Assembly (NCBI GenBank): GCA_963702205.1
Contig: OY969724.1
Span: forward strand, 2,912,001 to 2,976,000
Direction: 5' to 3'
Length of the DNA stretch: 64,000 nucleotides
From: an uncultured candidate division Zixibacteria bacterium
GTDB lineage: Bacteria > Zixibacteria > MSB-5A5 > GN15 > PGXB01
Within the stretch, counting starts at the first letter, position 1. Each line of letters opens with the position of its first letter. The notes under the pieces are model-generated. The model was given only the letters and a program-made list of their open reading frames with translations, ran no database searches and was not told the origin of the DNA. Positions 1-10,190 of this stretch are shown in pieces. The translations under genes were made by a program, and so were the position numbers.

Positions 1-145
1 TGAAATCATTCCAATCCCCGGTTTAACTTTTATACTGAACGCAACGGCCGGGTAATCAAAATTTCGACACGAGGGCATATACAATTACAGCCCGACCGTT
101 TTCTTAAACCGATCGGGCTGAATGAAATAGTCTGAAAATTCAGGT

Positions 146-1171
146 CTATGGAGTCTTTTTGACAAAAAGCATTATGCCGTTGTCGTCGCTTTCGTGCAGC
201 TCGATGGCCGCGCCAATATTGCCATCACTGCTGATCATCCCGGTCATGGCATCGCCAATTGTGATTTTACCGTCGGCCGCAACCGTGTATTGCCGCTTCC
301 CGCCCTCCGGTGACTCTTCCGAACTGGCGAGAATGCTGTATGTAACCGAATCGGCGCCGTCGAACGAGGCCTCACCCATAGTGACCATATTGCCGTAAAA
401 ATAGTTGGTGACGTAATAAGTACCGTTAAGGTTCGCGACCGACATGCCAGTCGATTTCCTGATCATGACTATTATTTCGTTGTTTTCGCCGGAATGATTA
501 CCTATGGCCGTGATTACGTCGGCCGTGGAATTGACGACGCCGGTTATATCGGAACCGATCGTTATCTTGCCATCGGACGCCAACGCGTATAGCTGCGCCC
601 CGTATCCAAGAGAACCAGAGCTGACAAGAACATGGTAATTGAAGTTATTCAGTGGATCGAAGCTCGCATCTCCGAACCTGACCGTATTGCCGCTTTCGTA
701 CGCAACAAAATAATAGTCGTCGTCGAGGCTGGTCGTCGGCATTCCGCTCGACGTTTTTATCATAACCATAAATTCATTATCATTACCGGAGGCATAAATA
801 CCGAGCAGCGACCCGATCGAACCGTCGGAGCTAACCATGCCGGCCACGTCATCATTGACGAATGCACGGCCGTCTTCTCTCACTTTGTATGTCCCGCTGC
901 CGTTGTCCGGAGAACCCTCCGAATCTATCTGCACGTCAAAATCGACACCGCCGTTACCGTCGAAATCAAGCGCGGTAAAGCGCACAACGTTGCCATGTTC
1001 ATAATCGGTTAAATAATAGTTACCGGTCGTACGGCCATTGTCATAAACAATCTCGCTCGACGTGCCGCTGTCTTTACTGCTGCAACCAATAAACAGCAGC
1101 GGTGCACCGATAAGAGCAATTACTAGTACGCAATACAATGCTTCTTTGCCGATTGATTTCAAATGAAACAT
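146..1171 (-). CDS. Lipoprotein with three ~100-aa internal beta-rich repeats, function unknown
   Basis: Lipobox LFIG-C; GGAG RBS; three aligned repeats (YY..Y..GN.V.....FD ... DG.....D..G...S ... N..+.+.K). Confidence 0.75.
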   Translation of the reverse strand: MFHLKSIGKEALYCVLVIALIGAPLLFIGCSSKDSGTSSEIVYDNGRTTGNYYLTDYEHGNVVRFTALDFDGNGGVDFDVQIDSEGSPDNGSGTYKVREDGRAFVNDDVAGMVSSDGSIGSLLGIYASGNDNEFMVMIKTSSGMPTTSLDDDYYFVAYESGNTVRFGDASFDPLNNFNYHVLVSSGSLGYGAQLYALASDGKITIGSDITGVVNSTADVITAIGNHSGENNEIIVMIRKSTGMSVANLNGTYYVTNYFYGNMVTMGEASFDGADSVTYSILASSEESPEGGKRQYTVAADGKITIGDAMTGMISSDGNIGAAIELHESDDNGIMLFVKKTP

Positions 1172-1286
1172 GACTCCTCCGATGAATAAAACGTTTGTAC
1201 TTTGCTATAAATAACATTCCAATGATTTAATAATCCAAGAATACATTTTGATGGGTAATTTGTCAACAAAGACAATATGCAAAAAA

Positions 1287-1319
1287 CAAAAGGCGGAGCC
1301 GATATGGACCCCGCCTTTT
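1287..1319. terminator. Rho-independent terminator hairpin downstream of the PilZ gene
   Basis: aaaaggcgg...ccgcctttt inverted repeat with A/T tails. Confidence 0.6.
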
Positions 1320-1324
1320 GAAGA

Positions 1325-1755
1325 TTAGACTGCGAACATTCTCTGGATGAGCCCGCGCTTGCCCGGAGTGATTTTTTTCACCTTCGGGTTGAGCCGGGAA
1401 ATCTGGTCGATCATCCAGCTCCGAATCAGCGCCTGCAAAGCTTCGGCGTACTGCGGCGATGAAAAGCGCAGGATGTACCGGAATCGTACCAGCCGGTTTC
1501 ATAATTCTGGCGGCACCAGCGGCATTCGGCGTCGAAAAACAGCTCTTTCTTGCCGTTGATTTTCTTGTCCAGCGGCATCTTGAAATAATATTTCTTGCCG
1601 ACCGTCATCGGTTCCTCGGTCATGAGCTTCATGCCGCGCTCCGACATGTCCATAATCTGACCCATCGGCAGCTTATTGTTCAAATCGTAGACAATAAGCG
1701 CCTGAGATGCTTTTCGTCTCACTTTTGTAACTTGTTTTTTGTCAATGACTTGCAT
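1325..1755 (-). CDS. PilZ-domain (c-di-GMP-binding) protein, frameshifted near 1478
   Basis: GAGG RBS before ATG 1755; DMSERG matches the PilZ DxSxxG motif; after 'GWYDSG' the sensible continuation YILRFSSPQYAEALQALIRSWM...MFAV* lies in another frame ending at TAA 1325. Confidence 0.65.
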
Positions 1756-1906
1756 ATTTTCCTCACTATTTGCCAGTAGTACATTATTAATCGGATTCAG
1801 AATCACGAAACTATAAGATTATTTCATTCGAAAAAGAAAAAAAGGATTGCGTGGCGGGCACTGTTTTTATAGCCTGATTAAAACGGATCAAAGGTATGGT
1901 TAAATC

Positions 1907-2320
1907 ATGAGTTGGAAATGCCCCAAATGCAATAAGACGTTTCGCAATACCAATCAGGCCCATTCATGCTGTGTAGTCTCTATCGATGAGCATCTCAAGA
2001 ACAAATCGGCCGACGTGCAGGCCATGGTTGAACGATTACTGAACGCCGTTACAAAATTCGGCAAAGTCACGCTCAACCCGGTTAAATCCTCGATACAGGT
2101 CAAGGCTGGGGCGACGTTTTTATCGATCAAACCAAAAAAAGAAACGGTTGAAATCGAATTCCAGCTTGACGAAGAAATAAATCAACTCCCGGTCTACAAA
2201 TATTTCCGCGTGTCCAATAACCGCGTTCTGAGTTTCGCCAAACTCGAAAAGAAAAGCGATATCGATAAATCGCTATTGGGTTTATTGAAGAAATCATACC
2301 TTCTGGTTAAAAATATTTAA
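1907..2320 (+). CDS. DUF5655-like protein with N-terminal WxCPxC...HSC zinc-ribbon motif
   Basis: MSWKCPKCNKTF..NQAHSC N-terminus typical of this family. Confidence 0.65.
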   Translation: MSWKCPKCNKTFRNTNQAHSCCVVSIDEHLKNKSADVQAMVERLLNAVTKFGKVTLNPVKSSIQVKAGATFLSIKPKKETVEIEFQLDEEINQLPVYKYFRVSNNRVLSFAKLEKKSDIDKSLLGLLKKSYLLVKNI

Positions 2321-2619
2321 CAGGGGAGTTCTATGCGCACGAAGGTTATTCCATTCAGTTTGTTAATTATCCTCTCGAATGCAATGTCGACGACGGGCTA
2401 AGACTAAGTACCAGCGGGTCCTGATCACCGACACATCTGGGATTACGATCTGCCGGTTTATTGAGCATTTGGAATTAATCAGGTATTCTATTTTGCAAAT
2501 TACTTCATGAAGCCATTGCCGGGAACTTGACGTCAAGCGCCCGACGGTCCCTAAAATATCTACAAATTTATCCGATATTAATAATGAGAGATTTTAAGTT
2601 AAATTACCAAGGGGCTTTT

Positions 2620-3132
2620 ATGAAATTACTGGGATTCGTCTCGGCGCTTTTGCTCGTGTTCGCCTGCTCCTTTGCCCAGGACAACTCCGACGGAAGCCAC
2701 CAGGACGCCTCAATAGCCATGGCCGGCGAAACGCACGCTGCAAACCCGGCCGCACCGCGCGATTTGTCTTCATCGGAAAAAACAATGCTGAATCAAAATA
2801 ACGTCAGCAACGACGTCCGCCCGTCCGACATTCGCGCACAAAAAAATACCGTCAAACTCGAACCGGTCCTTAACAAACTGGACGTAATCAACGCTTTCAA
2901 ATTCGACTGGAAGAAAGACGGGAAATTAAAAGATGAAAACAAAGACCGTCATATCGGATTGATCGCGCAGGAGGTCGAGCAGGTATTTCCGGAACTGGTT
3001 TCAAAAACCAACGACGGCTATAAAGCGGTCGACTACGCCAAACTTACGGCTGTTTTGCTCGAAGCCATCAAAGAGCTCAAAGCCGAAAATACGATTTTAA
3101 AACACCGGCTTGACAATATAGAATATCGTTAG
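2620..3132 (+). CDS. Secreted protein with a Peptidase S74 / intramolecular chaperone auto-processing domain
   Basis: Signal peptide MKLLGFVSALLLVFACSFA; SDIR..., GLIAQEVEQVFPELV, VDYAKLTAVLLEAIKEL motifs plus coiled-coil tail. Confidence 0.8.
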   Translation: MKLLGFVSALLLVFACSFAQDNSDGSHQDASIAMAGETHAANPAAPRDLSSSEKTMLNQNNVSNDVRPSDIRAQKNTVKLEPVLNKLDVINAFKFDWKKDGKLKDENKDRHIGLIAQEVEQVFPELVSKTNDGYKAVDYAKLTAVLLEAIKELKAENTILKHRLDNIEYR

Positions 3133-3153
3133 ACACCTGTGCCGGTGTAAATC

Positions 3154-3180
3154 AAGGCGGCTCTTCAGAGCCGCTTTTTT
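3154..3180 (+). terminator. Rho-independent terminator
   Basis: gcggctc-ttca-gagccgc followed by a T-run. Confidence 0.8.
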
Positions 3181-3244
3181 ATTTTACTTTTCAAATAATA
3201 ACAGCCATCAATTTTGGCTTTTGAATGCCCCAAAATGAATACCC

Positions 3245-3262
3245 TTGTGAAATTTGTCACAT
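3245..3262. promoter_or_regulatory. Rex-like (or CRP-family) palindromic operator upstream of hppA
   Basis: TTGTGAAATTTGTCACAT versus TTGTGAA-N4-TTCACAA (2 mismatches). Confidence 0.55.
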
Positions 3263-3435
3263 TTTTCTCTAAAATAATGTTGACTTTTGTCCAATATTCT
3301 CATAAATTCCGCGCTTAAATTTAACAACCTGACAACCTGGTAATGGGTTAGGGAAAGACTATGCTTCCGGGTACGGATATTTTCAATCATAAATTAGCTA
3401 AATATATTAACCGCTTAAATTTCAGGGAGTCGTAA

Positions 3436-5442
3436 ATGGATCACTGGAGCTATCTGTATTCCGCGCAGGTGCTTGGTGTTGTGGGGATTTTGTTTGCGCT
3501 GGTCCTCTACTTCACCATAAAAAGCAAACCGGCCGGAAACGACCTCATGAAAGATATCGCCGAACAAATCGCTAAAGGTGCGATGGTCTTTCTGAAACGC
3601 GAGTATACTATTCTCGCCGTTTTCATCATTATCGTGTTTATTCTGCTCGCAACCAACATTTCGCCCGCTACCGCTATTGCATTCATCTGCGGTGCAATTA
3701 GCTCAATGCTGGCCGGATATTTCGGCATGAAAGCCGCCACAAAGGCCAATGTTCGGACATCGGCTGCGGCCAAGGATTCTGGTCAGGGCGCGGCCCTTTC
3801 GGTCGCTTTCACTGGCGGTGCCGTAATGGGCATGTCGGTGGCGTCCCTGGGTCTTTTCGGTGTGGCTGTCTTCACTTACCTCGTCTTCAGGCTGGATTTC
3901 TTCTCGTGGCCTGACCTCGCCGGTTACGGTATGGGCGCGTCCTCGATCGCCCTCTTCGCTCGTGTCGGCGGCGGTATTTATACTAAATCGGCCGACGTCG
4001 GCGCCGACCTGGTCGGTAAAGTCGAAGCCGGTATTCCCGAAGACGATCCGCGCAACCCCGCCGTTATTGCCGACAACGTCGGTGACAACGTCGGTGACAC
4101 GGCCGGTATGGGTGCCGACCTGTTTGAATCCTATGTCGGTTCCATCATCGCGACCATTGCCATCGCGGCCGTATCGCTCGGGCACAATATGCCGACCGAC
4201 AGCATCATGCTCGGCAAAATCCTGCTGCCGATTGCGATCGCGACCGCCGGTATTATCGCCTCCATTCTGGGCGTATTGTCGGTCAAGGCTTTCGCCGGAA
4301 TGAAAAACCCGGCGGCGGTTTTGAGAATCGTCACTTATGTCGCATCAGTAGTTTTGTTTGTTGCGGCCTGGTTTTTAATCAACCAGCTCGGATTGGATCA
4401 GCAACTGTTCTGGGCAATCCTGGCCGGTAATATTGCCGGTATAATAATCGGTTTATTGACCGAATATTATACTGCCGGAGCGCCGATACGCCGCATCGCC
4501 AAAGCCTCCGAAACCGGCGCGGCCACCAATATTATTCAGGGATTGGCCGTCGGTTTGGAATCGGTCGCACTTCCGGTATTCATCATAGCTATGGCCATAC
4601 TGCTCGGTTATAAGCTGGGCGGTCTTTACGGGATCGGTCTGGCTGCGGTCGGTATGCTCTCGACTATCGGAGTGACGATGTCGGTCGACGCCTACGGTCC
4701 TATCGCCGACAACGCCGGCGGCATCACGGAAATGGCCGGTTTGGGTGAAAACATCCGCAAGATCACCGACCGTCTCGATTCCCTCGGAAATACTACCGCC
4801 GCTATCGGTAAAGGTTTTGCCATCGGTTCCGCGGCGCTTACAGCTCTCGCGCTGTTTTCGGCTTATTCCACCGCTGCTCAGGTTGAAACCATCAGCTTGC
4901 TCGATCCGCACGTCGTGGTTGGTTTCTTCATCGGCGGCATCCTGCCGTTCCTGATTGCGGCCCTGACCATGACCGCCGTCGGTAAGGCGGCCTTCAAGAT
5001 GGTCGAAGAAGTTCGCCGCCAGTTCAAGGAAATCAAGGGTCTCATGGAAGGCAAAGCCAAGCCGGATACGGCTCGCTGCGTCGATATTGCGACCAAAGGT
5101 GCCCTGATGGAAATGGTCGTTCCCGGCCTTTTGGCCATCGCCGCCCCGATTCTCGTCGGAATGATTTTCGGCAAAGAAGCTTTGGGCGGATTCCTCGGCG
5201 GCGCCACGCTGTCGGGCGTTCTGATGGCTCTTATGATGGCCAACGCCGGTGGTGCCTGGGATAATGCCAAGAAATACATCGAAGCCGGTAATCTCGGCGG
5301 CAAAGGCTCGGAGACGCACAAAGCGGCCGTGGTCGGCGACACCGTCGGCGATCCGTTCAAGGACACCTCCGGTCCGTCGATGAACATCCTCATCAAACTG
5401 ATGGCGATGGTATCGTTGGTGCTCGCCCCGTTGTTCTTGTAA
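3436..5442 (+). CDS. hppA: K+-dependent membrane-bound Na+/H+-translocating pyrophosphatase
   Basis: [44 protein letters not shown] signature; GNTTAA (Ala = K+-dependent type); [14 protein letters not shown]. Confidence 0.97.
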   Translation: MDHWSYLYSAQVLGVVGILFALVLYFTIKSKPAGNDLMKDIAEQIAKGAMVFLKREYTILAVFIIIVFILLATNISPATAIAFICGAISSMLAGYFGMKAATKANVRTSAAAKDSGQGAALSVAFTGGAVMGMSVASLGLFGVAVFTYLVFRLDFFSWPDLAGYGMGASSIALFARVGGGIYTKSADVGADLVGKVEAGIPEDDPRNPAVIADNVGDNVGDTAGMGADLFESYVGSIIATIAIAAVSLGHNMPTDSIMLGKILLPIAIATAGIIASILGVLSVKAFAGMKNPAAVLRIVTYVASVVLFVAAWFLINQLGLDQQLFWAILAGNIAGIIIGLLTEYYTAGAPIRRIAKASETGAATNIIQGLAVGLESVALPVFIIAMAILLGYKLGGLYGIGLAAVGMLSTIGVTMSVDAYGPIADNAGGITEMAGLGENIRKITDRLDSLGNTTAAIGKGFAIGSAALTALALFSAYSTAAQVETISLLDPHVVVGFFIGGILPFLIAALTMTAVGKAAFKMVEEVRRQFKEIKGLMEGKAKPDTARCVDIATKGALMEMVVPGLLAIAAPILVGMIFGKEALGGFLGGATLSGVLMALMMANAGGAWDNAKKYIEAGNLGGKGSETHKAAVVGDTVGDPFKDTSGPSMNILIKLMAMVSLVLAPLFL

Positions 5443-5464
5443 GATTATAATTATCGGACTATAG

Positions 5465-5493
5465 AAAAACCCCGGCTTTGGCCGGGGTTTTTT
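5465..5493. terminator. Bidirectional terminator between convergent genes
   Basis: aaaaaccccggc-tttg-gccggggtttttt. Confidence 0.85.
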
Positions 5494-5518
5494 ATTCCGC
5501 AATTTGCTTCATGTGGTT

Positions 5519-5588
5519 GTCGGGTTTCTCTCCTGACTTCGTCGGGATCGGAACCCGACCTACGTCGTGCACCAAACCTACGTCGTGC
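5519..5588. repeat. GTAG-type REP-like palindrome plus a 13-bp direct repeat
   Basis: gtcgggtt...aacccgacctac with nested hairpin tcctgac-ttc-gtcggga; acctacgtcgtgc occurs at 5558 and 5576. Confidence 0.5.
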
Positions 5589-5605
5589 TTAGTGAAAGGA
5601 GAATT

Positions 5606-7573
5606 CTAATCCAGAAACTCCCACGTGATTCCGTAATAATTGTTGCGCCCTACCAAAGGATAATCCTCACGGGCCTCGTACTCACGATTCAGCATATTCT
5701 GAAAAAGATAGTAAAAACGGAATTTCTTTATACGAAACGAAAGTTTGACGTTGAAAACGGGTGCCTTGCCAAACTTCTGACCGTTTATCCCGGTATACGG
5801 GCCGGTATATAATAGTTCACCGTACGCATACAAATGTAAATCCAGCGGGAAGACATAATAGTACACTTCCAGATTCGTGAACGTCTGGTATTCCGGAGTG
5901 TACGGCGGGTTGGCATTATCGCTGTACTTCACGTAATGATAGCTCCCCCCGCCCGACCAGTAGAAATTCTCTCCCAATGTGATTCTTTGCTTCAGCGTCG
6001 TACTGACAAAATCAATATTGTGATTGGCCGGCCGATAACCGCCGCTCGCGTAACCGACCGTATCAAATTTTATCCAGTCGATGGCGTCCTTAATCTTACC
6101 GCCCGTCACCGCCAGCGATAAGTCCGAACCTGCCTGTCCGACAGCTATATTGACGTTGCCGATCATCTGCTTTTCCGCCACGATATCCGGATTGCCGGAT
6201 TCGAAATAATCACTGCCGGTATTGCTGTAAATGGGATCGGTGCGTACGCTCAAATTCAAATCATACAGCCTCGGGAATTTGGTAGTGTAACCGGCCGATG
6301 CCGAGAATGAAGACGTCCGTGAATTTATCACGAGCGTTATTTCGCCGGTCGGCGACGGCCCGAAATTCTTAGTCACCTCGCCTCGGCCGTAAAATGTCAG
6401 ACTTTTGGAACTGTCGCCGGTCAGCAGCAAAAGATCGCCATATCCGTTCATGCGTTCCGCATAATTTCCATTATCCCGCTCGTAAAATCTCTCCTGCCCG
6501 ATCTCGCCCCGGGCCCGGGCGCTAAAGCGACCGACCTTTTGATAGTGCTCGGATGTCACGCCGTTATTAAAGGCGTCAATATTTCGTTCATACAATTCGG
6601 AGATCAAGGATAGTCTCGATTCGGACCGCTGATGCCTGAAACTGACTGAGCTCTGTGCGTTTTCATCATGATTATAGTACAAACCGGCGTTTATATCACG
6701 GTCAAGACGCTCGCGATTGAGGAAGAAATTGCTGGAATCCGGCCTCGGGCTGAACGCTCCCTGCCTATGGTATAAACGGACACTGGCTTTCAATTCCAGT
6801 CTCGTGAATAGCGGCTGATCAAGCTCATAATATTGATGATAGGCATCATCGTTCCTGTGGGTGAAAAGCCCGTTGGCCTTACGATATCCAAACGCCACCC
6901 GCATCACCCGGCCGTTTTCATCGCGGTTCGCCAGCACCGCTTTGGTATAAGCATAGCCATAAATGCCTTTATCCACCACCAGCCTCGATTCGATCCGGTT
7001 GGAGTCGGGCTCGTACGGAAACATAACCAGCGATGACGTCGCGTTGCTCCCCCCCAGCGCCAGCCCGAGCGGCCCCTCGACGTTGTACAACTTTTGCACC
7101 TGGGCCGTCGGAATATCATTGAAATCGAGACGGCCGTCGGGTTCAAGGACGTGCCCCAGCGGATTCAACTGATAGAAATCGAAAATGGCATTCATGCGGT
7201 TGCCGGGCAGAGCGAACGGTGCAACCGTCGTCCGGACCGGGCTGTTCTGGTAAAATATAACCTGATTGGAGGGATTGAATTTGAGTATGTCTCCGGCATC
7301 GTGAAAATAAGATCGTGCCAATTCACTGCCCAAGTCCCATCTTGGATTGAGCAGTAATGCCGAAAGACTACTGTCGAAATCGAAGGCCCGTATGTGCGGG
7401 ACGATCTCGATCGCCGTCGTATCTTCCGGATTCTCCTGCTTGTACGACGCCGAATCGGGAACCGGCCGGAGCGTATCCGATTCTATTTCCTGCGCCGGAC
7501 ACGGCAGACCACCCATGATTACCGTCAGTAGTACTGCCATGAATGTCAGCCGAATTTTCATATCAACCCGCAT
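5606..7573 (-). CDS. Outer-membrane beta-barrel protein with a TonB-dependent-receptor-like plug (start may be 7561)
   Basis: Signal peptide; plug-like DFNDIPTAQVQKLYNVEGP..LGG motif; amphipathic strands; C-terminal YGITWEFLD. Confidence 0.65.
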   Translation of the reverse strand: MRVDMKIRLTFMAVLLTVIMGGLPCPAQEIESDTLRPVPDSASYKQENPEDTTAIEIVPHIRAFDFDSSLSALLLNPRWDLGSELARSYFHDAGDILKFNPSNQVIFYQNSPVRTTVAPFALPGNRMNAIFDFYQLNPLGHVLEPDGRLDFNDIPTAQVQKLYNVEGPLGLALGGSNATSSLVMFPYEPDSNRIESRLVVDKGIYGYAYTKAVLANRDENGRVMRVAFGYRKANGLFTHRNDDAYHQYYELDQPLFTRLELKASVRLYHRQGAFSPRPDSSNFFLNRERLDRDINAGLYYNHDENAQSSVSFRHQRSESRLSLISELYERNIDAFNNGVTSEHYQKVGRFSARARGEIGQERFYERDNGNYAERMNGYGDLLLLTGDSSKSLTFYGRGEVTKNFGPSPTGEITLVINSRTSSFSASAGYTTKFPRLYDLNLSVRTDPIYSNTGSDYFESGNPDIVAEKQMIGNVNIAVGQAGSDLSLAVTGGKIKDAIDWIKFDTVGYASGGYRPANHNIDFVSTTLKQRITLGENFYWSGGGSYHYVKYSDNANPPYTPEYQTFTNLEVYYYVFPLDLHLYAYGELLYTGPYTGINGQKFGKAPVFNVKLSFRIKKFRFYYLFQNMLNREYEAREDYPLVGRNNYYGITWEFLD

Positions 7574-8087
7574 TTTCCTTCTTATACATAAATACCAGGG
7601 CCGGGAAAAATAACGGGAATATAATAGCGTTTGAAATGATGGTTATCAATGAAAATACCAGCCCGGCCATAAGGCGCGGCCAGAACGGCTGATACAACCA
7701 GGCGTCGACGACGTCAACGACAATATGATAACCGAGGCCCGACAGGAGACCGCAAAGGACCATTACGGCCGCCGTATGCCTGCTCCAGTGAATTTCTTTA
7801 AACAACCCCTTCGCCAGCGCTCCGAGCATTCCGGAAAAACTGATACCGACAATCTGCGAAACCAGAAGCGGCAGCGGCGACGGACCGTAGGGATTAGCGA
7901 TTATCCAGATGAAATATCCGACCGCGCCGACTGTTATGCCGGGCCACCATCCCCAGAGAAATCCGGCCGCAAAGACCACGAAAAAGCCGGGGTTTATACT
8001 CGGAATAAACGACGACAGGAAACAAAAGGCAACAACCAGTGCGGCGAACACCGCGATTCTGGTCAGCCGTTTCGTCCTCGAAATCAT
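7563..8087 (-). CDS. ECF transporter S component (substrate-binding membrane protein)
   Basis: AxxxA motif in helix 1 (AVFAA); multiple TM segments; NPYG motif; 174 aa. Confidence 0.75.
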   Translation of the reverse strand: MISRTKRLTRIAVFAALVVAFCFLSSFIPSINPGFFVVFAAGFLWGWWPGITVGAVGYFIWIIANPYGPSPLPLLVSQIVGISFSGMLGALAKGLFKEIHWSRHTAAVMVLCGLLSGLGYHIVVDVVDAWLYQPFWPRLMAGLVFSLITIISNAIIFPLFFPALVFMYKKENAG

Positions 8088-10174
8088 TTTATTACGGCGA
8101 CCTTCAGTCTTTCGACAATCGGGTCGGAGCCGTCGGTGAAATTAAGCTTAACCAGTGCCAGGTAAACTCCGGGAGAAACCTTACGGTGGCTTTGATTGTC
8201 GATATACCAGTCGACCGCTATGCCCTCGTAATAATCCGTTTGAGATTCCAGATGCCTGATCTTTTCCCCGGCAACCGTAAACAGGTCGATATCGAGATAT
8301 CCGGACTTCGCTTTCAGCGTATCCGGTGATGTTTCGGCCCGCGCCTGAAATGTAATCCGGTCGTTGTCGTGGGTGGCCACGATCAGGTTGGCATACGGTG
8401 CAAATACTTCGCTCGGATATTCCAGCGAGGTATTTAGTATGCGATACGTATAATGATAGCCGCCTTGTTGACCGGAAATATCGCTCGGGTAAGCGTCGTT
8501 TTCAATCGACGCCGGTGACGGAATAAAAACGACGCTTTGCAGATCGCGGTAATCGGCAATATGATAGGCTACCCCGGTGTCCGCCGGATGAAGATACATT
8601 TCGACACCGGCCGTGGCACGCGGGTCGCGAGGTATCGTAATAAACGACATGGTATACTGCACGCCTCTGTATGGGGGAGGCTGACGATTAGCGGGCAATA
8701 AATCATTATCGTCATATATATTTATAGTCAGGTTTTTGAACAAAGCGCCTATCGAATTAAATAAAACATAATTTGATCCCAGATTCTGGGGATATTCCGG
8801 GATATCAAATTGAGTTACCTGAAGGGTATCGTAAGCGACGTGCTCGACAATGGGATGCACCGTAATAATCACTCCACCCGGACCAAGGGTTTTGTATTCT
8901 CTCGGTATCATCGGGTAATTCATACCTTCCGAAAAGCGCATCGAATCCGGCGCCCGGGAATACCGATCTCCCGTAAACCAGTTCCATACCGTAAACTCCG
9001 CAAAGGCCCGGCGGAGATCATACGCGCTTTTGGGCACATAACAGCTGTCATCACATTCACCATTTGTGTAACAGCTATCATCACACCTATAGCAATGAGC
9101 ATCGCATTGTCCGCTTGTATAACAAGAATCATCGCATACTGAAGCCTCTTTAATGGCTTGGTCCGCGGCCTGAAGGAAGTTGGCACCGATCTGGAGTGCG
9201 CACAGCGACCAAATTGTCCTGACAATATCCTGGCCCCATTTTTCCGACATATATATCGGGAATATCGCGGCTCCGTAGGGCTGCAAACCCATGAACGCCT
9301 GGATTGACAGCCAGGGATTGCCGTAATAATACGGTAAATAAGAATAATAATCATTGATGTCGTCGTACAGTTGTTCTTCCATCCACACCGACGACATTTC
9401 CCACCAGTATACACGGGAGGTAAGTCCGTCCGGCGGAAGGGTCGGTTGATCACCGCCCTCATACTCGGTATAGTCCATGCCCAGTTGCACGGCATGAAAG
9501 AACTCATGGGCCGTCGTCACGCGAACGGCGTCGAACGGCCTGTCTGCATATACGCCCCCGTAATAATCATTATCGAGGTCCATGTATGACGTCATCGTTC
9601 TGTCGGTGATAATGAATTCCGGCGTCGTTTGGCCATAAATATTCAAAGGCAGGTTCCACAAATAAATGTCATAACGACCGTCCGGATTGCTCGCTCCGCC
9701 AAAGTCATCTTCCGGAGGATCAGGATAGCCCATTACGTCGACTTCATTATGGTATACCGAATCGGCAATGATGGCGACCATATTGACATAATCGGGAACG
9801 CCGTCGCCTCCGTCCAGCACGTCAACCCCGGCGTCGCGCACAGCATGAGAACCTGTGGTTATGTAATGTATCAGGAATCGACCCGAGGGTGAACCGTACA
9901 ATTCCGGAAGAAACGTAACGCGCGACATGAACGCCTGCGCTTTCGCCTGCTGGGCCCGTCCCATTTGATCCATTCGGAGACGAGCGTCGACCAGGTACGG
10001 CGTGCCGCACCAAAAATGAACGCTGTCTATCGACGCCGGCCTCGGGCCGTTGCCTTTGAGATATTCCAACCTCGCAATCAATTCATCCTGTGCCTCTATC
10101 GACATTGTTTCGGCGAAAATGTTTACAGACCAGCCCAAAAATAGCAGTAAGACGGTTCCGATTAATCTAATCAC
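8084..10174 (-). CDS. Secreted MXAN_6640-like zinc metalloprotease with a C-terminal FlgD/Ig-like domain
   Basis: Signal peptide; CGTP; SPSGRFLIHY; TTAHEFFHAVQ (HExxH); WWEMSSVWMEE; C-terminal IDLFTVAGEKIR...VSPGVYL. Confidence 0.8.
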   Translation of the reverse strand: MIRLIGTVLLLFLGWSVNIFAETMSIEAQDELIARLEYLKGNGPRPASIDSVHFWCGTPYLVDARLRMDQMGRAQQAKAQAFMSRVTFLPELYGSPSGRFLIHYITTGSHAVRDAGVDVLDGGDGVPDYVNMVAIIADSVYHNEVDVMGYPDPPEDDFGGASNPDGRYDIYLWNLPLNIYGQTTPEFIITDRTMTSYMDLDNDYYGGVYADRPFDAVRVTTAHEFFHAVQLGMDYTEYEGGDQPTLPPDGLTSRVYWWEMSSVWMEEQLYDDINDYYSYLPYYYGNPWLSIQAFMGLQPYGAAIFPIYMSEKWGQDIVRTIWSLCALQIGANFLQAADQAIKEASVCDDSCYTSGQCDAHCYRCDDSCYTNGECDDSCYVPKSAYDLRRAFAEFTVWNWFTGDRYSRAPDSMRFSEGMNYPMIPREYKTLGPGGVIITVHPIVEHVAYDTLQVTQFDIPEYPQNLGSNYVLFNSIGALFKNLTINIYDDNDLLPANRQPPPYRGVQYTMSFITIPRDPRATAGVEMYLHPADTGVAYHIADYRDLQSVVFIPSPASIENDAYPSDISGQQGGYHYTYRILNTSLEYPSEVFAPYANLIVATHDNDRITFQARAETSPDTLKAKSGYLDIDLFTVAGEKIRHLESQTDYYEGIAVDWYIDNQSHRKVSPGVYLALVKLNFTDGSDPIVERLKVAVIK

Positions 10175-10190
10175 ATCGTACCTCGAATGC

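Noticed and set aside
2333..2401. Short ORF MRTKVIPFSLLIILSNAMSTTG with a GGAG RBS
   Set aside because: Looks like a signal-peptide remnant with no supportable continuation or function.
2527..3132. Prophage suggested by the 'tail fibre' S74 domain
   Set aside because: No phage structural, packaging or integrase genes nearby, and the protein has a Sec signal.
4453..5502. Long antisense ORFs (also 46717-48048, 51937-53037, 58259-59461, 62616-63701, 34864-35859 and others)
   Set aside because: They shadow well-supported genes on the opposite strand, which is expected from GC-rich codon bias, and show no recognisable motifs.
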